From Amoebophrya sp. A120 (lineage: Eukaryota > Protista > Dinoflagellata), in the NCBI GenBank assembly GCA_905178155.1, contig CAJINV010000005.1, positions 7,432,989-7,496,988 on the forward strand: a stretch of DNA of 64,000 nt. The letters run 5' to 3'. The position numbers were made by a program, and so were the translations under genes. Within the stretch, counting starts at the first letter, position 1; each line of letters opens with the position of its first letter. Below, in pieces: positions 11,501-21,255 of this stretch. The notes below the pieces were generated by a model, which saw only the letters and a program-made list of their open reading frames with translations, did not search any database and had not been told where the DNA came from.

Positions 11501-14500
11501 ATGGAGGTCGGCGCAGGCTACTATCAAATGGTGCAAATATTATGTCTGGATCTGGAAACCGAAACTTGTGTTGCTGATACGTGCATTACAGAAACTTGCT
11601 TGCACGGCATAACAGCATGATAAGTTTTTTCCCTTGGTTGATGTTCCTTGCGGATTCATTCATTCGTATTTAGCATTACAAAGTGCAGCCATCCTCATCC
11701 AGCACGACAGAAAACCTGGTCCATCGTATTCATGCATTACAGATCTTGTTGTCCTTCAGACATCGGATTCGGATCACAAATCCAGACCGCCCAAAAGACA
11801 TATTTGCGATGCATAGCTACAACGACGCGGTGAACGTCGGCGTGCCGCAGCACAGCTTCCGTTTTGAATACCACGCGGTCAACGTGTTTTGGTTCATCAC
11901 CCAGCTTATCCTGTGCAAAAGTATCGTACTCGTATTGCAGTCATGCATTACAAATCCTTTTCTTAAGGTAAATCAGCATTACAAATTTTATTCCTCATGC
12001 TGAGGAAACTTGTAATGCATTTATACGAGTGCGACACTTTTGCAATCCATACAGCTTTGGGTCCTGGCGATCGGCGTGAACTTCTTGTACGTGATGGGCT
12101 GTATTCTGATCTGGACCATTGAGAAAAAGTCCGTGGCCATCCGCTCCATGATGGCGGACCGGTATCCACAGGAAATTTGCCCTACATGATGTACATCTGC
12201 GGTCTCTGCATGACAAAACTGGGCTGCTATCCTAGTTTAGCATGACAAGTGTTAGTACATTCGCTCCCAATTATTGTTGAATAAATTTGTGATGCGTCTT
12301 CACATGTGCGGCAAATTTGTGTTGCATAACCGGATTGAGGAGACCATTTTGAAGATTCGGATTGTGTACATGGAAGCCCACCCGAAGTTTTTCTACCGGT
12401 ATCTGATCCACTACTCCGACTACTACGACAAAAAATTGGTGCGGTTCCGCCTCTTCTACGGAAGGCGGCTCTACATGCGGATGACGCGCATCGGTCGGCG
12501 GTTTTGGTACGGCGTAAAAGCCGTCGAAGAGCAGGAGAAGCGGTATTTGAAAGCCGACCGGCGGGACCTGCGGCGCAAGCCGGTCCCGGTCAGCGCGGAC
12601 ATGATGATCAGCAAGGATGACTGTTGGACCTGTTGCACTATCGACTGCAAAAAATACGTCTGGGTCTGTGACGAGATTGCGAGATTTGTCATGCTAGTCT
12701 GGCATGTCTCTGGACTCTGTATTGGGTGGCCGGGAAGTAGAGCTCCTCTTGCCTGTCATGCAAATAAAACGCAGTTTCTCATGCGGAGTACGCAACTCAC
12801 AACCTCCACGGCAAAACTTGTCATGCTGGGCGATGCATTACAGTGTTATTTTCACTATTGCCTTCCTTGCAACACAAGTCTCCAGAGAACCCAGACATGT
12901 TTGCAATGCATATGCACCTGGTGGTGCCCCTGCTTTACGTTTTCCTGGACGGTGGGGCGAAAACTGTACCACGTTTTGAAGGAAGAATGGCGCAAGGCGC
13001 GGGGAGAAACTGAGTCGGATAAGACAACGACCGACGCTGGTTCCAGCCAGCTGCTGGGGGACCCGATCCCGATCTCCGCCTACGAAATGGGGCTCAAGCA
13101 GATCAAGAAACCCTTCCTGCGCCCCAGAACCATGAACTTTGCGGCCAAAGCGAATTTGACGGAGATGCGGGAGGTGGACATGCAATTGATCGCAAAAGCG
13201 AACTATCCTGTGCAAAAGCATCGCACTCGTATTTCTGATCGCAGTCATGCAAGACAAATTTCTTTTTCAAGGTAAATCAGCATAACAAAGTCCATATCTT
13301 GTCATGCTGAGCTAATTTGTATTGCAAGAAGTACTACGTCTACGAGTTGTGCGATACTTTTGCAGTTCATACGAATCGGGTTTCCGACCAGGAGCGGTTC
13401 CTGAAGACCGGTGGCACGGAGCAACTGGGTCTTAAATTCCACGTGGATAGTGGCGGAGAGAAATTTGCGACCCGAATACGCAGATACTACAAGCCCGGTT
13501 CCAAATTTGACCGGATCGTCATTCGGGTGGTGAAGGGGGAGTGCATCGACCTCACCCTCCACAAGTACAAGCACTGGAAAAATCCGGACTTGGTGGTTGA
13601 CAAAGTCTATGCATTGCAAACGTACTATCCTATCTGCCCAGGCTTGCATTACAGATCTAGTTGTTGTATGTGAATCAGCATCACAAATTTCATTTTCCTT
13701 TTCGGAAGAATTTTTTGTCATGCGGTTTATACTAGTCTACTGTTGTGTGATAGTTCTACTCTTGCAATGCATAACGTTGCAAAAAGGCGAGACGGTGCCA
13801 TGATGGATTTTCATGACGGACCGAAGAAACCGGAGTGGGAAATGGAAAATCTGAAGGTGAAACCTGTTGTCTTCGCGGACGGAGACCCCCGCGACATCGA
13901 AATGCGCAAAAAGTTGGAAAAGCGGAATCTTCCGCCACTGAAGGGAGAGGGGAAGAGGGAAAAATCGGATTTCGACACCGCGTTCTCTTCATCCGGGGGA
14001 ACAGCTACAGTAGAGGCAGCCACAGGAGCAGAGGATCGTGCTGATAGAAGCAGTGCGAATGAGTGGACCACGTCGAATAAAGGAGCTGCAGGTACTAGTA
14101 CAGCAACCAATCCGGAGCAGGACAAAACAGGAGACGGACCGGAGCAGGATAACGAGCCAAAGAACTTCTCTGGAGCGGGAAGAACAAGAAACGGAGATGA
14201 TGTTGACGACAACTACGGGGAAAATGACGGGAAAAATGAAAATAATGCGAATCCGGCAGAGCCCCCTGAGCCCGATGATCTTCATGATCCCGCAGAGACA
14301 GCAGCTCCGGCGAGAAGTCCTGCTTCATCTTCTTCGAAAAAAGATAAAGAACACAAGAAAAATAGCAAGGCGAAGCGCAACTCTAACGACGACAAGACAG
14401 GCCGGGCTTCGCAGTACGATACCGAGTTCGTGAAGCACCCCCGCGTACTGCACGTCCGAGCCTGTCTGGCGGAGAAATTCGGGATCCAGCCCAATTCGGA

Positions 14501-15779
14501 CGCTTTGGCTAGGGTGATATGCAATACAAATTTTCCGTGCATGATGTTGTACAAAATGCATCACAAACTTCACCACCTTGGATGAAAAAGCAACTTGTCA
14601 TGCTGAAAAGGCTTGAAGGAAAAGTTGGTCATGCGGACGCCGCATTTGTACTTCGTTGTGTGCGGGAAATTTACTGTGGATAGGTGAACGACTTGATCAT
14701 CACCACGGAGAATTGGCACTTGGCGGACTACACCCGGCCGTGCGAGCTGGAGTTTCTCCGTATCGCCCCCGAGTGGTTGGCGAACAATCCGAAACGGAAG
14801 TTTCACATCATGCGCAAGACCAGGACGCAGCTACGGCACAAATCCGCGCCGGAAATCATGAAGGCCGTGTCAGATGTGATCGGTGGCGGGGTGAACAACC
14901 CGGTCTTGTTTCAGTTGGAGAAAGGAGACGTTCAGCAGCCCAACGAGATTCGGAACAGCAGTATGAAAAAAATACAAAGTTATTTTCGCACAAGACGTAC
15001 ACCTACAGATAGTACAAAATCAAAATCAAAATGCACCAAAATTTTGGCTCCGCCAATCACCTTCATGAAATAAAGCTATTTGTGGTGCTTACTGAAGTAG
15101 AGAATTAGAGGAAATTTTTTGTCATGCAAACCGCAATCGCACGTGTTCATCGTGTGCGGGAAAAACGTATTTTCTCTGTCTATAACCACGGACATCGGGC
15201 GGAGGTTTGAGTCCCCGATGAAGCTGGATTACGGCGTGCCCGAGAAAATCGAGTTTGAGGACTACATTAAGGACCCAGTGTATCGCAAGAAAAAACTGTT
15301 ATTTCACTGTAAACTTCTGATGCATAGAACGGAACGCAGATGTGTTTGTCTTGCTACACATGCAACACATTGGAATTCTAGCTGTGTTTTCCCTTAGGAA
15401 GCGCGCATGCCAAGTTTTCTTTGTCATGTGTAACAAACTTGTGATGCAGATCTTGCAAAATCACCGCAGTGAAGCAGTTTTTTCGTGGGATACAGTGGAG
15501 AAGCGGGACTACTTCGACTTGAACGTGCGATACGATTACAGCAGCAAAATCTCCGCCGGCGACGTCGATCACCGAGGCGTCAAGTTCCGCGATTTGGTGC
15601 AGGAGCGGAAGGACCGCCGGAGAGCCCGGCGGGAGGCGTTTGGGCATGCGGACCGGGAGACGAGGAGCAAAGCTGCGAAGGGCAGGAAGCAGGCCAATCG
15701 GAAGGGCCGGTCTGTGGACCCGGAGATCGAAGTGCTGGTCAAAGTGGAAAACGCCGCGGCACGGGAATTGCTGGAATAA
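8581..15779 (+). CDS. Hypothetical membrane protein (2 TM helices flanking a Cys-rich loop, long charged C-terminus), 19 exons
   Basis: Spliced frame MANIGAEDVKGAV|ENRQKSDF...YCQFLIVIIMFVVWWHAF...CCPQSCCDW...LWVLAIGVNFLYVMGCILIW...AARELLE*. There are 18 introners, starting at 8619, 8969, 9183, 9498, 9784, 9975, 10353, 10792, 11148, 11522, 11907, 12163, 12639, 13204, 13608, 14518, 14962 and 15281, and the frame stays open across all junctions. Confidence 0.8.
9183..9427. mobile_element. Introner family H (TATGG...AAACGTTACA TIR)
   Basis: TSD CTGGC. Related copies at 41944-42185 and 49444-49699 (TSD CTTCC). Confidence 0.85.
9498..9737. mobile_element. Introner family E (TATGACAGTGCACA..CTCCCCCT TIR)
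   Basis: TSD TCACA. Other copies at 33388-33605, 47618-47848 and 51851-52211. Confidence 0.9.
9975..10135. mobile_element. Introner family D (AAAAAGTGTTAACGTTAACGG TIR)
   Basis: TSD AGTAC. Other copies at 33141-33301 (opposite orientation) and 44777-44937. Confidence 0.9.
15281..15492. mobile_element. Introner family C (TATCGCAAGAAAAAACTG TIR)
   Basis: TSD CAGTG. Other copies at 45704-45916 and 55352-55560; related 10353-10562. Confidence 0.9.
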
Positions 15780-16780
15780 AACTTCTTGTACACCAACGAA
15801 GGTTTATCTTCGTTGTTCGTGCATTTCTTTGCTGGTGTTTGTAGTTCTGATTCTGAAACATATATGTAATCAATGTACGATAAAGTTCTAAAAGTAGTAT
15901 GCGCGACCCAGCCGTAGTAGAATGTAAATTTTCATCCAGGGATAAGAAACTCCGTTGAACCATTTCCGACTGCCTTTTCTTTGCAGTCGACATTTTCTGA
16001 AGAAATCGAAAACTAGACCCCACGATGTGAAATTTTTCTGATGAGAGAATCGTGCGGCGAGCGCATGAGAAAGGGCACAAACAATGAGGTCGGCGAGCAA
16101 TTCTTGCTCACATTCTATTTTTTTGCCGTCTATTTCCCATTGAGGTGACTAGCGACACCTCCCTTTGAGCTAGACTATTTGTCTTCGACCTGTTGGCGTC
16201 ATTTCATTTTCCTCTGCGTTCAGTCACATCCAGAGGCAGTCTCCGACCTGTTGGTGATGAGTTGCCGGCAGGTCTCAGTCATTTAGAGTGAGAGATGCAG
16301 ATGCTTGCCCGAGTAAGTCTGCCGCGAGCGATTTCAGTTACGCTGCGAGCGACATCAGTTCTTCCCGCGCTCTATTTGAGCTTCCGCGCTCGGACCAAGG
16401 GTCTTCATGCTCTTCGAGCTTAGCACGATGAGAGAGACAGAAAAATCGAAAACTAGACCCCACGATGTGAAATTTTTCTGATGAGAGAATCGTGCGGCGA
16501 GCGCATGAGAAAGGGCGCAAGCAATGAGGTCGGCGAGCAATTCTTGCTCACATTCTATTTTTTCCCACCCATTTGATCAGTTGATCCCACCCTACAGTTT
16601 AAAACGTCTTCCGTTCGCTCCGCTCTTCGTCTCGCTTCTGAAACTCAGAGTAGCGATGCTGCTTTCGTGTGCAAGCGGCCCCAGAAGCCAACGGCAGTTA
16701 GACCGTCGTCTGCCGTCCAGAGGAAAGCCCCGTCCGGGCGACATCACAAGTTCCCGAACGCAATTAGCAGACCACGGTGC

Positions 16781-18109
16781 ATGTCAGACCCTTTCGGCTC
16801 CGCTATCCCACAGCAGCCCATACTCCAGTTTGAACCACGAACACGGGCAGCCACGGAAGAAGACGTATTCGCAGCAGCAGTAGCTGCGTGTGGTGACACC
16901 GCATTGGCGGCCAGCAGCATAATCCCCTCTTCCTCCAAAACTTCAGCCCAGTTCGCCCCAGGTTTCTTCAGCGAGGTAGCATCGCACCCGAAAGTATTGA
17001 AGCTGTACAGGGACGCCCACGACCCCAGCAAGCAGAAGTCCAGCAGGCAGAAGGAGGAAGCTTTCGAGCTGGTGGACGACTTCTTCCGTCTCCAAGCTGC
17101 AAAGGAGTTGATCACCAAGCGCCCCGCCTCGGCGACAGAAGATGCAAGGATGAAGTGTTATTTTCAGTTCTGCACGCGGGCATCAGTCCACCCCGGGTTA
17201 GGCTTTCTGAAGAAGCCGTGGCCAATGACGCGGGACCACGCCGTCTACTTCTTCGCCGCTCTGGTGGGCGACGATGCGTCACGGTCGTTCTACGCTACCG
17301 CCGACGACTACCTTTGGTCAGTAGTAGCGAGGCTCGAAGCAATCCCCGGGGGCAGCATCTTGGGACAGGCGGACAAAGTGTTGCTTTCCCAGATTGTCAC
17401 GCGGCAAAAGAGGACTGGAAAATTCGCGCATACGCAGGCGCCCCCAGTCCTCGTCGAGGAGTTGCTAGAAGTAGCGCAACCAGTGTACAAGCGGAAGCAA
17501 CAGTTCGCTGCGGCGTGTTCGATCGGATTTCTTTTCGGATTACGCAAGACCACGCTCGTGAACCACATAAAATTCGGCAACAGCGAAAGATACGCTTCCC
17601 AGCAGGTCCAGTTTGAAGACTCACCCTCCGACGAGGAAGATGGTGGCTCTTACGAAGAAGCCATGCAGAATTTACACCTAGTTTCTCGCGATCATAACTC
17701 ACGCAAACACTTCTCAGGCGATTTTTCATTCAATCGTGCTGCAGGAGTCTTTTGTCTAAATTTAGACGCATATATTCTCAAGTCGAATTACATTCGACGG
17801 GTGTACGTGAAGTGCCTGCGTGGTACTGATTTAGAGGCAATCTGCCCACACGTCACCATACCAATTTTGGACGAAGTCGGATTCGACGACTGGCGACACT
17901 GTTTTGTTGCTGATTTTACATCATTTTTCGGCACCTCCCGCACGCAATCCTTACGCATAGGATGCTTACAGCGCCTTATGTCGTGCCGGCTTGGGAAAAG
18001 TCGTGCTGGTTGTCATCTCCGGTGGAAAACGGAATCTATGATTGAGTATTATAACAGAGGAAATCAGTATCCCCATAACAAATTTGCTGGTCTTTCCTTC
18101 ATTCCGTGA
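16781..18109 (+). CDS. Tyrosine recombinase (DIRS/Ngaro-type)
   Basis: Motifs GFLFGLRKTTL (R), ILKSN (K), RTQSLRIG (HxxR with H replaced by Q), HLRWKTESMIEYY (W...Y nucleophile). The first ATG is at 16781; the ORF track starts at GTG 16667. Intronless. Confidence 0.8.
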   Translation: MSDPFGSAIPQQPILQFEPRTRAATEEDVFAAAVAACGDTALAASSIIPSSSKTSAQFAPGFFSEVASHPKVLKLYRDAHDPSKQKSSRQKEEAFELVDDFFRLQAAKELITKRPASATEDARMKCYFQFCTRASVHPGLGFLKKPWPMTRDHAVYFFAALVGDDASRSFYATADDYLWSVVARLEAIPGGSILGQADKVLLSQIVTRQKRTGKFAHTQAPPVLVEELLEVAQPVYKRKQQFAAACSIGFLFGLRKTTLVNHIKFGNSERYASQQVQFEDSPSDEEDGGSYEEAMQNLHLVSRDHNSRKHFSGDFSFNRAAGVFCLNLDAYILKSNYIRRVYVKCLRGTDLEAICPHVTIPILDEVGFDDWRHCFVADFTSFFGTSRTQSLRIGCLQRLMSCRLGKSRAGCHLRWKTESMIEYYNRGNQYPHNKFAGLSFIP

Positions 18110-18453
18110 CATTCATTCCACACGTGACGACTTCTAACATTATGCTGAGCAAAAAATTTTTTGAAATGATAACTCCGCTTGCGCTCCCACTCGGAGAGTA
18201 TTTACTTGCAAGCACCTTGGCGCTGTTCCTGCAGTTGCAGTTGTTCCCTTCAAACTTGCCATTCCACTGAGAGTCCTCAGATTTCTTCTTCTCTTCATCA
18301 GTTCAAGAGCGAGTGCGATTCAAAGTTCATTTGCAAAGAGTTTTGCAAACCTGGCACACGCAGCATGAGAGAGACACTTCTTCGCCGTCTTCTTGTTTTC
18401 ATTTCAATTTCACCAAAATCACAGAAGAGCATTTACCACTAAAAATTCTCAAC

Positions 18454-20349
18454 ATGTCGCTGAACGCTGGTGCCATGGCGCAGGTCGCCGGAGGCCCGGG
18501 TGCCGGCGTCCTCGGCGCTGACCCGCTAGTCCCTGCCGCGCCAGGACCTGTTCCGCCGCCGTTACCGGTGCTCCCGCCAGGATTAGTCATCAACCCCGCT
18601 GCAGGTGCCGGCGCAGGAGGAGGCGATGGCGCAGTCGCACCAAAAGCGAATGCGCCAGTCGGCCCGAAGGCGAAAGCCGGTGGAGGAAAAGGACCCATCA
18701 ACGTGAAGGGACCAGTCATCCCGAAAAAGGGCGGAGGCAAAGGAGGTGTAGTTGCCCCACCAGTCGTCCCCCCGGCTTTACCCGCGGTAGCACCAGTTGT
18801 CCCCCCACCGGGCCCAGTCGTGCCGGTTGCTGGACCCATCATTCCCCCAGTCGCACCGCTGATTGCTCCGCCAGTCCCACCACCCGCACCGCCAGCTGTG
18901 GTCGGAGCACCACCAGTCGCAGTGGCGCCACCAGTTGTCGCGGCACCGCCTGCGGCCGCAGCGCCACCAGTTGCGGGAGGAGCACCACCAGTGCCCGGAG
19001 CACCACCGGTCCCAGCCGGTCCGGCACCGGTTGTCGCCCCCGGCATGAACATGAACATGCAGGGAATCGACCCGGCGTGGCAGGCATACTACGCCCAGCA
19101 GTACTATTTTCAAACCATGATGCAGAGCAACTACCTCGCACAGCAGAGCGCCAACATGCAGAACATGCAGCATGGTTTTAACGGCTTCTTCAACCAGTTC
19201 GGTGCTGCTTTTCCCGCGGCAAACGATCCCTTCCACCCACAACAGCCGGATACCGAGCTGGAAGTTGCTGCGTACGCGGATTCTGCAGACCACATCCCGC
19301 GCAGTGATCGAGTGGCGCTCGAGTCCTGCAAAGCCATCACCGCGATGGTGAGGGATAAGTCGCTGCACTCCGCCGGGCATGTTGGGGCGAAGTATCTGTA
19401 CAAGAATCAGATCCAGACTTTGGATACGAAAAAAGTGGAAAAAACAGTCCCGATGAAACCCAGTACGCTCATCCGGTATTTAGCCGTCTCCGGGAAAGTC
19501 CCGGCCGTGTTCGAAGATTTCGAAACGGCGAGCCGGTTAGTGTTGTTCGTGGACGACCACATGAAAGCGGTGCCGCCACACACATCAAAGGAGAAGTGGG
19601 AAAGGATCATCACAGGAAAATTCTACGAAGTGCTATCGTCTTCCTGCGATGCCCTCGCTCCTGCTTCCACGGTCATGATCGACGGAGTCCCGACCGCAAC
19701 CACATATCAAGACCGGGTGTACAACTTCTTTTCCCTGCCGGAATCGAATGCGGCGGGATTTAAATACAAGTTGAACAACCTCTGCACCATGACGCATCAA
19801 ACTGCGCACATGTTCAACGACGACGAAATCAGGAGCATGCTCGGATTGCCAGACACCCCGGACTCCACGGGCCGTGATCGCTCCAGATCCCCCCGCCGTA
19901 CCGGTGGCGGAACCCACTCTACGAACCAGGAAGCGGGGGAGAAAGCGATGAAAGTCTGCTGGCACTACCTGAAGTGCGCGCCCTGTTCCAACACGGAGAT
20001 CAAGGATCGAAGCGGTTGCGTGTCATGCGAGAAAGGGGGATTGCGCCCTACGTCCAAAACCCAATTGACCAAAACGCAGTTCAAGAAGATCAAACGCACC
20101 GCGTTAGGTCGTTCGGCGTTGAAAGACATTGGTTATTTTAGTTGGATGGACGGTAATATTTACAAGGGTAGCAATCTGACTAAGTATTTCCCGAACCGCG
20201 CTTCCTCCTCGACATCCAAGTCCCAGAAGAAGGGAGGCGGCAAAAACCAGGGCGGTTCCAAAAAATCAACTACCACCAGTAAACCGGAAAAGGAGGAATC
20301 CGAGCACGACTCCGCTTCTGAGAAAGAGGAGGAGAAGCAAGAAGTCTAA
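18454..20349 (+). CDS. Pro/Ala-rich gag-like protein with Cys cluster and basic tail
   Basis: Intronless ORF inside the SDR element. PAV-rich N-terminus, RDRSRSPRR, CWHYLKCAPC...CVSC cluster, Lys-rich end. The gag role is inferred from position and composition. Confidence 0.65.
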   Translation: MSLNAGAMAQVAGGPGAGVLGADPLVPAAPGPVPPPLPVLPPGLVINPAAGAGAGGGDGAVAPKANAPVGPKAKAGGGKGPINVKGPVIPKKGGGKGGVVAPPVVPPALPAVAPVVPPPGPVVPVAGPIIPPVAPLIAPPVPPPAPPAVVGAPPVAVAPPVVAAPPAAAAPPVAGGAPPVPGAPPVPAGPAPVVAPGMNMNMQGIDPAWQAYYAQQYYFQTMMQSNYLAQQSANMQNMQHGFNGFFNQFGAAFPAANDPFHPQQPDTELEVAAYADSADHIPRSDRVALESCKAITAMVRDKSLHSAGHVGAKYLYKNQIQTLDTKKVEKTVPMKPSTLIRYLAVSGKVPAVFEDFETASRLVLFVDDHMKAVPPHTSKEKWERIITGKFYEVLSSSCDALAPASTVMIDGVPTATTYQDRVYNFFSLPESNAAGFKYKLNNLCTMTHQTAHMFNDDEIRSMLGLPDTPDSTGRDRSRSPRRTGGGTHSTNQEAGEKAMKVCWHYLKCAPCSNTEIKDRSGCVSCEKGGLRPTSKTQLTKTQFKKIKRTALGRSALKDIGYFSWMDGNIYKGSNLTKYFPNRASSSTSKSQKKGGGKNQGGSKKSTTTSKPEKEESEHDSASEKEEEKQEV

Positions 20350-21255
20350 AGATTCAGTTATTGTTTTATTGTCACACCAAAATGTGTCCTATCTTTGGTT
20401 TTTTTTACCTCGCGCGAGTGTCTGTAAAAACGAAAAGTCAGCTCTACATCAAAAATGTCAGATTACCCGTTGCTTCATGCCTACATCAGTAGTGCCATGA
20501 TTCTACTTTGTGATGCTCAGTTTCATCGCTATTTGCTTTTCGGCATACGCCACCATGTAGCGATTTCAGTTACGCTGCGAGCGACATCAGTTCTTCCCGC
20601 GCTCTATTTGAGCTTCCGCGCTCGGACCAAGGGTCTTCATGCTCTTCGAGCTTAGCACGATGAGAGAGACAGAAAAATTTGACCCTCATCCAAAAGAAGA
20701 GCACGAGCATTTGACTCACGACCCATCTTGTAAAAAAATAAACCGTTCTTGTAAACCAATGAATGTGGTGCTCCTGCTCTCAGTGTACGTAAAATTGCTT
20801 GATGTGCTGAGGATAACAAACACTGCACGTGGTCAGACTCAGACACTTATCTGTTTGGATAACGAGACAGAGTATGTTGGAGGTCGATGTGTTCCTCGCA
20901 AAGGTGGATCTCCGTACTTTGGGATCAGAAGTAAGCTAACGAATTATACAAAAAGCCACTCACTACATTTCTTTTTTGATGTCTTTCGTTGTGGTTAAAT
21001 CGGTAGACCACGCGTCACCAGGAGGACTAATTGCTTTTATTCGACAGAACAACATCGTACCGCAGTAGATCAAGGGCGATTAGAGCGCCTGCAGAATTTT
21101 TTGCAACTACGCTAAGTGCATCAGCAGCGTCTCCTGGCCGTGTGGGCGGAGTACTAAGTTGGTGCTAAAAGCTTTAGAGGACTTTGGTGCCAGCTAACGG
21201 CAAGATCATCCTCGAGTGCAGCAGTCCAATCTCGACCTCCACAACGCGCAACCTA

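Larger units (their letters stand above)
16003..20678 (+). mobile_element. Tyrosine-recombinase element with split direct repeats (DIRS-order PAT/Ngaro-like geometry) lacking RT/RNase H
   Basis: X1 16003-16123 matches X2 16443-16563, and Y1 16327-16446 matches Y2 20559-20678. The internal Y1/X2 junction (acagaaaaatcgaaaac) joins the right end to the left end through a shared AAAT core that is also present at both outer boundaries. Encodes YR and a gag-like ORF. Confidence 0.85.

Noticed and set aside
8581-15779. Alternating repeat/unique pattern as a CRISPR-like or cassette array
   Set aside because: The unique segments join into one open reading frame; they are exons between introners.
16781-18109. 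The tyrosine recombinase as the enzyme mobilising the introners
   Set aside because: Introners show variable 5-bp target duplications and TIRs typical of DDE transposition and share no ends with the YR element. No transposase is visible in this window.
18399-19380. Minus-strand Gly/Ala/Thr-rich ORFs
   Set aside because: They are antisense shadows of the Pro/Ala-rich + strand ORF.
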